Assembly: GCA_964643435.1 (NCBI GenBank)
Contig: CAZXPY010000001.1
Location: forward strand, 74,802 to 138,801
Direction: 5' to 3'
Source of the DNA: an uncultured Gammaproteobacteria bacterium
GTDB taxonomy: Bacteria > Patescibacteriota > Microgenomatia > Woykebacterales > RBG-16-39-9b
Length of the DNA: 64,000 bases
The notes under the pieces were generated by a model. It saw nothing but the letters and a program-made list of their open reading frames with translations, was not told where the DNA came from and made no database searches. The position numbers and the translations under genes were made by a program. This document shows, one piece after another, positions 16,665-26,072 of the stretch (positions are counted from its first letter, which is position 1; each line of letters begins with the position of its first letter).

Positions 16665-17666
16665 ATGGTAAAAAAGAAAAAAACAACTTCAAAAGTCGTC
16701 GTTATCGGTGGTGGGACAGGCTCCTATACTGTTTTAGTAGGATTAAAAAACTTACCCTTAAGCTTAACTTCAATTGTAACCATGATGGATTCTGGTGGTT
16801 CTTCGGGGAGGTTAAGGGACGAATTAGGTACCTTACCGCCAGGAGATATTCGCCAATCGATTATCGCTTTAAGCACTGATATAAACACAAATTTAGTACT
16901 CCGCAAACTTTTTGATTACCGTTTTACCAACGGAAGCGGTCTAGAGGGTCATAATTTTGGCAATCTTTTTGTGAGCGCTCTTACCAAAACGACCGGCAGT
17001 ATGGATAAAGCAGTTGATGCTATTTCTAAAGTTTTTAATGTTGAAGGAACAGTTTTGCCAGTAACGTTAGATGATGTCCATCTAGTAGCCGCTTATAGTG
17101 ATGGTGAGATAATAAGAGGGGAACACAATATTGACGATCCTAAATTTAAAAAAATAAAAAAAATAAAAAAAGTTTGGCTCGAACCTAAAGCCTCTGCTTT
17201 TCCCGGCGCCCTTAGTGCAATCGCCCAAGCTGATTTAATTATCTTAGGTCCAGGTGATTTATTTACCTCTCTTATCGCTAACCTTTGTGTGGAAGGAATT
17301 GCTAACGCAATAAGAGCCTCAAAAGCAAAGAAAGCTTATATTGTTAATTTGATGACAAAATTTGGCCAAACCGATAATTTTGGGGCCCGCGAACACGTTG
17401 AGAAAATCGAAAAGTACTTGGGTGAGAAATTGGACTTTATTCTTATAAATAATGAAAAACTACCAACTGATATTTTAAAAAGATATAAATTGGAGAGGGG
17501 TTATCCAGTTATTGATAATCTAGACAAAAATCATTATGTAATCGTAAGAGTCGATCTTTTGGGAACAAGTCCAGTTAAAAAAATTGATGGTGATACCCTA
17601 AAACGTAGTCTTATAAGACATAGCCCGACAAAACTAGCTAATGCTTTGTTTAGGCTATTAAAATAG
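16665..17666 (+). CDS. YvcK/GlmR (UPF0052, CofD-like) UDP-sugar-binding gluconeogenesis factor
   Basis: VVVIGGGTGSYTVLVGLKN, MMDSGGSSGRLRDELGTLPPGDIRQ. The track start is TTG 16644; ATG 16665 is preferred. Confidence 0.75.
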   Translation: MVKKKKTTSKVVVIGGGTGSYTVLVGLKNLPLSLTSIVTMMDSGGSSGRLRDELGTLPPGDIRQSIIALSTDINTNLVLRKLFDYRFTNGSGLEGHNFGNLFVSALTKTTGSMDKAVDAISKVFNVEGTVLPVTLDDVHLVAAYSDGEIIRGEHNIDDPKFKKIKKIKKVWLEPKASAFPGALSAIAQADLIILGPGDLFTSLIANLCVEGIANAIRASKAKKAYIVNLMTKFGQTDNFGAREHVEKIEKYLGEKLDFILINNEKLPTDILKRYKLERGYPVIDNLDKNHYVIVRVDLLGTSPVKKIDGDTLKRSLIRHSPTKLANALFRLLK

Positions 17667-17673
17667 TTTTAAA

Positions 17674-19440
17674 ATGTGCGGAATTTTCGGTTTTGCTGGT
17701 ATTGAAAAAAAAGCGCCTCGAATAATCATCGATGGTTTAAAAGATTTAGAGTATCGAGGTTACGATAGTTGGGGAGTGGCCGTTACGAACGGATCAAAAA
17801 ACCAAAACTTTTTAAAAGTTGAGAAACATGTCGGAAAAATTGGGGAAGGCAAGAACAGTTTACCAAGTAGCAATTGCGGAATAGGTCATACCCGTTGGGC
17901 AACTCATGGCGGGGTAACAACCGCTAACGCCCATCCCCATCTTTCTTGTCAAGGCGATCTCGCTTTAATTCACAATGGCATCGTTGAAAATTATTTAGTT
18001 CTTCGTTCAAAACTTAAAAAGCATAAGCTTTTGTCGGATACAGATACGGAAATAATCGTTCATTTAATCGAAGAAGAAAAAAACAAGGGAGTAGATTTAC
18101 TTACCGCTACAAAGAAAGCTTTCAAGAAGCTTCAAGGTTTAAATGCTATTGCCCTCCTTTCAAGTGATGGTCAAATTATCACCGTAAAAAACGGCACACC
18201 TCTAGTTTTGGGAATTGGCAAAAACGAAAATTTCTTAGCTTCTGACCCGAGCGCCTTATTACCTCACACTAAGAAAGTAATCTTCTTAGAAGATAATAAT
18301 ATCGCTTCTCTCACTTCGAAGGGATGGCAAATTTTTGATCTAAACGGTAAAGAATTAAAGCCAAAAATCAGAAGATTAGATTGGAAGGTAGAGTCAGCTA
18401 AATTAGAAGGCTTTTCCCATTTTATGATTAAAGAGATTCATGAGCAGCCAAAAGTTATTCGTAATATCGCTAAAAACTATTCAAAACAAATTAATGAACT
18501 CTCAAAAATCATTAAAAAAGCAAGAGGAACTTTTTTTATTGGCTGCGGTAGCGCTTCTTACGCCGCTTTAGCCGGACAATATCTTTTTTCTAAAATTGCC
18601 GATTCCCACGTAAATTTTTCAATTGGCAGTGAATTTAATTACTTAGAGCACTATTTGAATAAAAACAGCCTTATCATTGCTTTATCTCAAAGTGGAGAGA
18701 CAATTGATGTCGTTGAACCAATAGCGGCAGTTAAAAAGAGAGGAGTAAAAGTGGTTGCCTTGACTAATGTTTTAGGGTCAACCCTTTATCGTTTAGCTGA
18801 TTATAAAATTCCTTTGGGCGCCGGACCAGAAAAGGCGGTATGCGCGACAAAAAGCTTTATTGCTATGGTTTCGATACTGATTTTTCTAGCTTATCAGATG
18901 AATAATGAAGGAAACAGCGCTAAAGAAATTCTTATTAAAGCGGCTGGTAATATTGAAGAGATGTTGAAAGATAAGTATCTGGAAAAAATAAGAAAATTGG
19001 CTAATAAAATTTATCACAAGGAACACGTTTATATTATTGGTCGGGGTCTCTCTTATGCAGCGGCATTAGAGGCGACTTTAAAACTTAAAGAGGTTTCTTA
19101 TATTCATAGTGAAGGATTTGCCGGTGGAGAACTTAAACACGGGGTGATTGCCTTAATCGAAAAGGGAACGCCGACAATAGTGTTTGTGCCAAATGACGAA
19201 ACTAAGGAGGCGATTCTTTCAAATGCGATCGAAATTAAATCTAGAGGGGGATATATTATTGGTGTTGGACCCTCTAATAACGAAGTATTCGACTATTACC
19301 TTTCCACATTTGATTGTCGAGAAGCTTCAATTATTGTAAACACTGTTCCGGTCCAACTTCTAGCCTACTATATAGCCTTAAAAAAGAATTTGGATCCAGA
19401 TATGCCTCGAAATCTCGCAAAATCAGTCACTGTTAGATAG
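17674..19440 (+). CDS. glmS: Glutamine--fructose-6-phosphate aminotransferase
   Basis: MCGIFGF N-terminal nucleophile; two SIS domains; C-terminal ..VQLLAYY...K..DPD.PRNLAKSVTV. Confidence 0.95.
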   Translation: MCGIFGFAGIEKKAPRIIIDGLKDLEYRGYDSWGVAVTNGSKNQNFLKVEKHVGKIGEGKNSLPSSNCGIGHTRWATHGGVTTANAHPHLSCQGDLALIHNGIVENYLVLRSKLKKHKLLSDTDTEIIVHLIEEEKNKGVDLLTATKKAFKKLQGLNAIALLSSDGQIITVKNGTPLVLGIGKNENFLASDPSALLPHTKKVIFLEDNNIASLTSKGWQIFDLNGKELKPKIRRLDWKVESAKLEGFSHFMIKEIHEQPKVIRNIAKNYSKQINELSKIIKKARGTFFIGCGSASYAALAGQYLFSKIADSHVNFSIGSEFNYLEHYLNKNSLIIALSQSGETIDVVEPIAAVKKRGVKVVALTNVLGSTLYRLADYKIPLGAGPEKAVCATKSFIAMVSILIFLAYQMNNEGNSAKEILIKAAGNIEEMLKDKYLEKIRKLANKIYHKEHVYIIGRGLSYAAALEATLKLKEVSYIHSEGFAGGELKHGVIALIEKGTPTIVFVPNDETKEAILSNAIEIKSRGGYIIGVGPSNNEVFDYYLSTFDCREASIIVNTVPVQLLAYYIALKKNLDPDMPRNLAKSVTVR

Positions 19441-19487
19441 AATTCATTTTTTCCCTTTTGTATGGTAAAATTATGCACACATAAATT

Positions 19488-20792
19488 ATGAAAATAGCAA
19501 TTATTGGCGCCGGCTACGTTGGTCTCGTAACCGCTGGTATTTTTTCGGATTTTGGTCATAAAGTCTACTGTATTGATATTGACAAAGAAAAAATCGAAAA
19601 TTTAAAAGCGACGAGACTCCCCTTCTTTGAACCCGGATTAGACGATTTGTTAAAAAGAAATTTGGAAAGAGAGCGACTTTTTTTTACCACTAGTTACGAA
19701 TTGGCAATTCCTTCAAGCAAAGTTATATTTATTTGCGTTGGAACACCACCACTGAGAGACGGCGAGGTAGATTTAACCCAATTATACTCGGCTGTAGAAG
19801 AAACAGCAAAACACCTAAAAGGCTATTCTCTAATAGCCATAAAAAGTACTGTACCGATTGGGGTTGAAGAGGATATTGAAAAAATAATCAAAAAATTCTC
19901 AAAATCGAAGGTTGAATTAGCTTCTTGTCCAGAATTTTTAAGAGAAGGTAGTGCGATTGCTGATAGTCGTCGTCCCGATAGAATTGTAATCGGCACAAAA
20001 AGCAAAAAAGCCGCCGATATCTTACTTGATTTACACAAACACATAAGTGGTGAGAGGATAATTTGCGATTTGCGAAGTGCTCAATTGATAAAATACGTAG
20101 CTAATTCTTTTTTGGCAACCAAGGTTTCTTTTGCTAACTCCGTTGCGAATTTGAGCGAAAAGGTTGGTGCTGATAGTGATACTGTACTTTGGGGTGCTGG
20201 TCTTGATCGTAGAGTTGGCCATACGTATCTTTCACCAGGAGTTGGTTACGGCGGCAGTTGTCTACCAAAAGATGTTTTAGCTTTTGTTGATATGGCAAAA
20301 AAATACGGCTTTGATTTTAAGCTTTTGCGGGCAGTTGATGAAATTAACGAAGGTCAAATAGATAATTTTGTAGAAAAAATAAAAAAAGCTTTAAATAATC
20401 AAGTAAAGGGAAAAATAATCACGATTCTAGGACTATCATTTAAACCGAATACTGATGATATGAGAGAAGCACCTTCAGTTAAGATTATTAATAGGCTTAT
20501 CTCGCAAGGTGCAAAAATTAAAGCTTATGATCCGGTAGCAACCAGAAATGCCAAAAACTATTTAAAGGATGTAATTTTTACTTCTAATGCTTACGAAGCA
20601 GCGGTTGGTTCAAGCGCACTTTGTATTGTTACCGAATGGAATGAATTTAAAGAACTAGATTTGTTAAAAATATCTAAAATAATGAAAAAACCGATTATTC
20701 TGGACGGCCGAAATATTTACAACCCCAAAAAAATAAAAGAAGCGGGGTTTATTTATATGGGGATGGGGAGAAGAAATGCAGATATTAGTTAG
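19488..20792 (+). CDS. ugd: UDP-glucose 6-dehydrogenase
   Basis: MKIAIIGAGYVGLV, GGSCLPKD catalytic cysteine motif; 434 aa. Confidence 0.85.
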   Translation: MKIAIIGAGYVGLVTAGIFSDFGHKVYCIDIDKEKIENLKATRLPFFEPGLDDLLKRNLERERLFFTTSYELAIPSSKVIFICVGTPPLRDGEVDLTQLYSAVEETAKHLKGYSLIAIKSTVPIGVEEDIEKIIKKFSKSKVELASCPEFLREGSAIADSRRPDRIVIGTKSKKAADILLDLHKHISGERIICDLRSAQLIKYVANSFLATKVSFANSVANLSEKVGADSDTVLWGAGLDRRVGHTYLSPGVGYGGSCLPKDVLAFVDMAKKYGFDFKLLRAVDEINEGQIDNFVEKIKKALNNQVKGKIITILGLSFKPNTDDMREAPSVKIINRLISQGAKIKAYDPVATRNAKNYLKDVIFTSNAYEAAVGSSALCIVTEWNEFKELDLLKISKIMKKPIILDGRNIYNPKKIKEAGFIYMGMGRRNADIS

Positions 20793-21717
20793 TGGCGGAG
20801 CCGGTTTTATCGGTTCTCATCTCTGCGAAAAACTTTTAAAAGGGCACAACAGAGTTATTTGTGTTGATAATTTAATTACTGGTTCGCAGTCTAATGTAAA
20901 GGAGTTAAAAAAAAATAAAGAATTTAATTTTTTAAAGGTAGATATAATCAGACCCTTTTCTTTAGATGATTTTGGTAGGATTGATCAAATTTATCATCTC
21001 GCTTCTCCTGCCGACCCTTCCCATTATTTGAAGTACCCGATTGAAACCCTTCTTGCAAACAGTTTAGGGACTTACAACTTATTAAAACTCGCATTAAAAA
21101 ACCACGCCAAATTTTTGTACGCTTCTTCAAGTGAAGTCTACGGTGATCCAAAAGAACACCCCCAGAAAGAAAGTTACTTCGGGAACGTGAATCCTGTTGG
21201 GGTACGGTCTTGCTACGATGAAGGTAAAAGATTTGGGGAAGCCCTAGTAACAGCCTATTACAAAAAATATAAATTTGACGTGCGGATTATTAGAATTTTT
21301 AACACCTACGGTCCAAAAATGCATCTTGAAGAGGGGAGAATGGTACCTAATTTTATTATGAGAGCTTTAAAGAATAAGCCACTCCCAATTTACGGGGATG
21401 GAAAAAATACCAGAAGTTTATGCTACATCTCCGATCTAGTAGAAGGATTAGTTTTGGCGATGAATAAAAAGGGAACAGCCGGAGAGGTTTTTAATTTAGG
21501 AAATCCTGACGAGTATAGTGTTGAGCAATTTGCCAAAATTGTTATTGAATCTTTGGGTTCGAATTCAAAAATAGAATTTGAGAATGAGTGGGAAGATGAC
21601 CCTAAAAGAAGAAAACCAGATATTTCTAAAGCAAAAGCCGTTCTAGAATGGCAACCGAAAGTTCCTCTAAATATTGGCTTGCAAAAAACAATAGAATATT
21701 TCCGAGAATTTACTTAA
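20776..21717 (+). CDS. UDP-glucuronate decarboxylase (UDP-xylose synthase, UXS-like)
   Basis: MQILVSGGAGFIGSHLCEKLL..H.V.CVDNL.TGS, YDEGKR, IFNTYGP are UXS/ArnA-decarboxylase-like SDR motifs; directly downstream of ugd. Confidence 0.7.
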   Translation: MQILVSGGAGFIGSHLCEKLLKGHNRVICVDNLITGSQSNVKELKKNKEFNFLKVDIIRPFSLDDFGRIDQIYHLASPADPSHYLKYPIETLLANSLGTYNLLKLALKNHAKFLYASSSEVYGDPKEHPQKESYFGNVNPVGVRSCYDEGKRFGEALVTAYYKKYKFDVRIIRIFNTYGPKMHLEEGRMVPNFIMRALKNKPLPIYGDGKNTRSLCYISDLVEGLVLAMNKKGTAGEVFNLGNPDEYSVEQFAKIVIESLGSNSKIEFENEWEDDPKRRKPDISKAKAVLEWQPKVPLNIGLQKTIEYFREFT

Positions 21718-23802
21718 ATGATTTGGCGATTTAAGCCGTTAGATATTTTTTTCGTTTTTTTAATCTCCGTTTTACCATTAATAATTTTTTTGCCCAGTTT
21801 TTTCAAAGGTATAGTTGCCGGTGGAGACATTGGGCTTTATTGGTTTTATGGCTCCTTAATTAAAGAGTCGGTTTTAAAATTTGGACAACTGCCTCTTTGG
21901 AACCCTTATTACACTAGCGGTGCACCTTTGGACGGTAATAGTGTAACTACCTTTTTTTATCCACCTACTTGGCTTTTTTTATTTTTTAATGAGGTAGCAA
22001 CAATTAATGTTTTGATCGTTGGGCATTTAATTTTACTAGGCGAGAGTGCGTATTTTTTTGCAAGGAGCACGCTTAATCTCTCAGCAACATCATCTTTTCT
22101 GGTCTCTTTAGGTATTATGTTAACCCCAAAAGTTTTCAATCATATTTATGGGGGTCATTACGCCTTTGTTTTTGCCTTCGCTTGGGTACCAATTGTTTTC
22201 TTTTTAATATTTCGAATAGTTAAAAGCGCCAAAATAATAAAAGACGCTCTTCTTTTAGGATTAGTGTTTTCCCTAATGTATTTTTCAATGATTCAGGTGG
22301 CTTTCTATACTTTTTTTATTTTTCTCCTGTATCTGCTTTACGAATTATTCTTATTCCATTTTGAGCAAAATTTTCAAATTAAACGGACAATCAAAGAAGC
22401 AACTAGACTTGCAAAGGTATTTTTAAGCACTTTATTTTTTTTCGTAGGCTTTAGTGCAATTAGTCTGCTACCAACCCTTTTTTACGCCCAAAATTCTGTT
22501 CGTAAGGGGCTAACATTATTCGAATCAGCTATTCCCGCAATTTATCCAGATACTTTTCTAAAACTCTTTTATATAAAACCAGACGCTTTTGAACCTTTTG
22601 AGGTGGTAATTTATGTTGGTATCTTGACTTTAATTTTCGCTGTTATCGGAATTTTTAAAGGTAGAGACAAGCGAATTTTGTTTCTTCTATTACTAGCTAC
22701 CTTTGCGGCTTTTTTTTCACTAGGAGCAAATGGGTCGCTCTACCGGGTTTTTTATTACTTGGTTCCTGGATTTAGTTGGTTTCGGGGGCCAATAAGAATC
22801 TGGTTCTTTTTTGCTTTTTCGGCAAGTATCTTAGCTGGTTTTGGTGTTGATTGGTTATTAAATTTGAAAGTGGTAAAGAAAATTGCTTGGGTTAAATTTA
22901 CTTTTGCCTCATTACTTATTTTTTTATTTTTCGGGCATCTTTGGCTTTATGATAAGGATTATAGTAAACCGCATCAACTTAACGAAATAACTCGGTTCAG
23001 CCCCATTCTCGAAAATTTACCAGAGCAAAACAACTTATTTAGAATCTATTCAGTAGATCGTTCTACCTCATATATTGAAGCTAAAAATAAAAATTTACAT
23101 TACGCTGATGGTGGAGACGTAGCACCACTAAAGAATTATTCAGATTTTATAAACGCTTCCCTAAATTATCACTATGAAGGCTATTCCTTATCAGTACCGC
23201 CAAATCAAGTTATCTACCCAGAAAGTAGGTACTATCAAAAACCAAACCCAGACCCCAACCTTTTAGGTATGTTAAACGTAAAATATATAATTTCTCCTGA
23301 AAATCTTGAAAATCTCGATTTAGAATTTAAAAAAGAAATTGGAAGATACCGACTTTACGAAAATAAAAGATTCCTTCCAAGAGCGTTTGTTGTCGGTAAT
23401 TTAAAATCGGTAAGTAAGTTAGATCCATACACCTTAAGAGGATTTGACCTAAGATCCCAAGCAATTGTTGAAGGGCAATTAAATAGTAAAGAGATCAAGA
23501 ATGACTTTTATAAGGAAGCAGAGATTACTTTTTATTCACCAAACGAAGTTAAAATAAAAGTCAATTTGGATAAAGAAGGGTTATTGGTTTTGGCTGATAC
23601 CTATTATCCAGGTTGGAAAGCATTCGATAACGGTTCTTTAGTAAAAATTTATAAAACTAACGCTGTTGTTCGGGGTGTTATTTTAAGTAGGGGCGATCAT
23701 AATTTGAGATTTATCTACGATCCCCCTCTGTTTAAGTTGGGCTTAGTGATAAGTGGCGCTACGCTCATTATTACTTTGTTTATTCTTAAGAAAAGGGTTT
23801 AA
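21718..23802 (+). CDS. Large polytopic membrane protein, YfhO/GT-C-like putative lipid-carrier-dependent glycosyltransferase
   Basis: 694 aa with more than 10 predicted TM helices, then a soluble C-terminal domain containing YYPGWKA; followed directly by a Dpm1-like GT2. Confidence 0.4.
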   Translation: MIWRFKPLDIFFVFLISVLPLIIFLPSFFKGIVAGGDIGLYWFYGSLIKESVLKFGQLPLWNPYYTSGAPLDGNSVTTFFYPPTWLFLFFNEVATINVLIVGHLILLGESAYFFARSTLNLSATSSFLVSLGIMLTPKVFNHIYGGHYAFVFAFAWVPIVFFLIFRIVKSAKIIKDALLLGLVFSLMYFSMIQVAFYTFFIFLLYLLYELFLFHFEQNFQIKRTIKEATRLAKVFLSTLFFFVGFSAISLLPTLFYAQNSVRKGLTLFESAIPAIYPDTFLKLFYIKPDAFEPFEVVIYVGILTLIFAVIGIFKGRDKRILFLLLLATFAAFFSLGANGSLYRVFYYLVPGFSWFRGPIRIWFFFAFSASILAGFGVDWLLNLKVVKKIAWVKFTFASLLIFLFFGHLWLYDKDYSKPHQLNEITRFSPILENLPEQNNLFRIYSVDRSTSYIEAKNKNLHYADGGDVAPLKNYSDFINASLNYHYEGYSLSVPPNQVIYPESRYYQKPNPDPNLLGMLNVKYIISPENLENLDLEFKKEIGRYRLYENKRFLPRAFVVGNLKSVSKLDPYTLRGFDLRSQAIVEGQLNSKEIKNDFYKEAEITFYSPNEVKIKVNLDKEGLLVLADTYYPGWKAFDNGSLVKIYKTNAVVRGVILSRGDHNLRFIYDPPLFKLGLVISGATLIITLFILKKRV

Positions 23803-23803
23803 A

Positions 23804-24517
23804 ATGGAAGAGATGTATTTTTCAGTAGTTGTACCAACGTATAATGAAGAAAAAAGAATTGAAAATACTTTAAGAGAAATATATAAATATTTTGCCAAGA
23901 GGGGAAAAAATTTTGAGGTAATAGTGATTGATGATGGAAGTAGCGATGATACAGTTAGACTCTTGCAGGATTTAAAAAAGAAGTTTAAGAATTTAAAAAT
24001 TTTGAAACAGGGAAAAAATTATGGTAAGGGTTGGGCGGTAAAAAGAGGTGTATTGGCTGCAAAGGGAAAGTATATTCTTACTAAAGATGCCGATCTTTCA
24101 ACACCAATGACCGAAACCGATAAGCTTCTAAAAGAATTAGAAACTGGTGCTGACTTAGCAATATCCTGTCGAATTCATCCCGACGGTACTGATATGAGGT
24201 TCAGCCAACCCCTAATTCGAAGAATAGTTGGCAAAATATTTTCAAAGCTAGTAAATATTTTCGTTATAAATGGAATTAAAGATACTCAAGCCGGTACTAA
24301 AATGTATAAGGCGAACGCTGCTAAAAAACTGTTCCGAAAGCAAAAAATCAAAAGAATCGCCTTTGATGTTGAAATTTTATATTTGGCGAAAAGAGCGGGT
24401 ATGGGAATTGCTCAAATCCCGGTTATGTGGTCAACTGACGGAAAGTCCAGGCTACGATTTTTTAAAGAATTAAGAGTTTTGTGGGATATTTTTACCATTA
24501 AGCTTAATCACAAATGA
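23804..24517 (+). CDS. GT2 polyprenyl-phosphate hexose synthase (Dpm1-like)
   Basis: VVVPTYNEEKRIENTL, IDDGSSDDT, DADLS. The ATG at 23804 is preferred over the track start 23753, because the upstream stop is at 23800-23802. Confidence 0.75.
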   Translation: MEEMYFSVVVPTYNEEKRIENTLREIYKYFAKRGKNFEVIVIDDGSSDDTVRLLQDLKKKFKNLKILKQGKNYGKGWAVKRGVLAAKGKYILTKDADLSTPMTETDKLLKELETGADLAISCRIHPDGTDMRFSQPLIRRIVGKIFSKLVNIFVINGIKDTQAGTKMYKANAAKKLFRKQKIKRIAFDVEILYLAKRAGMGIAQIPVMWSTDGKSRLRFFKELRVLWDIFTIKLNHK

Positions 24518-26070
24518 GAATTAGAAAAATTTTTGAATCAGAAAACTTCTTTATCGCTTTAATTTTATTAATAAATTTGATCAAGTTATGGAGAATAGAT
24601 GACGGTTTTGTTCTGGGAGAACCAGATGAAAGAAATTATGTAGATGTTGTTCGTAATTTACGTAGTTCTCCTTACCCGCAGTTTGACGGTACGCCTTTTT
24701 TACACTCTTTACCTTTATTCCATTATTTAGCTCTGCCTCTAAGTTTCATCTTTCCAGTCCAATACTTAGCGGTGAGATTGGTTTCTTGGTTAGCAAGTCT
24801 GCTGTTAGCCTTAGTAATTTACTGGTACTTAAAAGAAAAATTCTCTACTATTACTGGTTTAGCCGGTGCTCTAGTTTTTAGCGTGTTACCGTTGTCGGTT
24901 TTCTATACAAGACTCGGCTTGCTCGAGAGTTTGCTCTCTTTTTTTGTGATTGCTTTTATTTTTAGTTTGGATAAGGCCGTAAATAGTAAAAGTGAAAAAT
25001 GGGCGGCGATTAGTGGAGTTTTTTTAGCAGCCGCAGTTTTGACAAAATACACGGCCCTGCCTTTTATTGCTCTACCAGTAATTATTTTTGCTTTTATTGC
25101 TCTTAGGCAGCTACAAAACAAAGGAATACGATTTCTTCTCAAGCTTAAAGAGTGGTATAGATTAGCTAAAATTCAGGCAGTTACACTTCTAACAAGTTTT
25201 TTGGTTGTTTTTCCACCAATAATTTTTATTTACTCACACGACCCTTTAGAATTTAGAACCCAACTGCGATATATATTATCTTTTGGTCAGGAAAGGACTA
25301 ATTTCGCTGCCCTTAAATTTCTCCTGCCAAATCTTTCTGAATATTTAAGTTGGCCAATATTAATTTTATTTATTTTAGGCTTAGCTTATTTATTTTTTAG
25401 TTTAAGAATAAAAAAAATTTGGATTTTTTTTGTTGGTTTTTTATTAATCGCTTTTTTTGTTTTAAGAGCCAATCTAATTGGTCCGCGCTATTTTATGATA
25501 CTGACTCCTTTTGTTTCAGTGTTTGCCGGTATCTGTTTGGGTAAGATTCTTGAGACGGTGGGGTCTAAAGTTTGGTGGTTAGCACCATTAGTTCTTGTCT
25601 CAATAGCTGGTTTAATATCTCCTTCCTCTTGGTTAGCTCTTCAATCAACCCGTCACGATATAATTGAGCAGGTAGGAGCTTTTATAAGAGAGCAGCGTAA
25701 AGACGAATGGGTTTTTAGCAATTATTGGGCAAGTGCCTTTGTAGACCCGATTGGTACTTATAAAATAACTTGGCTTAGTGGTGGACTGGCAGATAGTACT
25801 AGTTACAGTGGAAAAAAAGAAAGTTTGTATGAGAAGATTGACGAGCCATCGTTAAATAAAATTATGAAAGAAGGAGGCTTTGTAATCTTAGAAGAAAACT
25901 ACTCACTAGATTTAATTAATAGTTCGGCTCGGGAAAGTGCCCTCTCACCCATAAAAGGTTTATACCAGCCAATTAAAATTTTTGAAGATCGGCAGCCTAA
26001 TTACCCTTTTCCTAAAAAAATTCCTAACAAAATATCAGTTTATAAAATACCGTCCCAAGGAGAAGAATAA
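24514..26070 (+). CDS. GT-C fold membrane glycosyltransferase (PMT_2/ArnT-like, GT39/GT83)
   Basis: 518 aa; N-terminal loop then multiple TM helices; the pattern (..RL.S.LAS.L.A.VIY.YLK..F....GL..AL...) is typical of ArnT/PMT-family dolichyl/undecaprenyl-phosphate-sugar transferases. Confidence 0.5.
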   Translation: MRIRKIFESENFFIALILLINLIKLWRIDDGFVLGEPDERNYVDVVRNLRSSPYPQFDGTPFLHSLPLFHYLALPLSFIFPVQYLAVRLVSWLASLLLALVIYWYLKEKFSTITGLAGALVFSVLPLSVFYTRLGLLESLLSFFVIAFIFSLDKAVNSKSEKWAAISGVFLAAAVLTKYTALPFIALPVIIFAFIALRQLQNKGIRFLLKLKEWYRLAKIQAVTLLTSFLVVFPPIIFIYSHDPLEFRTQLRYILSFGQERTNFAALKFLLPNLSEYLSWPILILFILGLAYLFFSLRIKKIWIFFVGFLLIAFFVLRANLIGPRYFMILTPFVSVFAGICLGKILETVGSKVWWLAPLVLVSIAGLISPSSWLALQSTRHDIIEQVGAFIREQRKDEWVFSNYWASAFVDPIGTYKITWLSGGLADSTSYSGKKESLYEKIDEPSLNKIMKEGGFVILEENYSLDLINSSARESALSPIKGLYQPIKIFEDRQPNYPFPKKIPNKISVYKIPSQGEE

Positions 26071-26072
26071 AG

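Noticed and set aside
17140-17175. A-rich tract (aaaaaaataaaaaaaataaaaaaa) that could look like a simple repeat or slippage site
   Set aside because: It encodes KFKKIKKIKKV inside the YvcK-like CDS. It is low-complexity coding sequence in an AT-rich genome, not a repeat element or CRISPR.
24270-24473. Same-strand out-of-frame ORFs inside GT2 and GT4 genes (24270..24473, 46411..46593, 47815..48015)
   Set aside because: Alternative-frame artefacts within confidently called CDSs.
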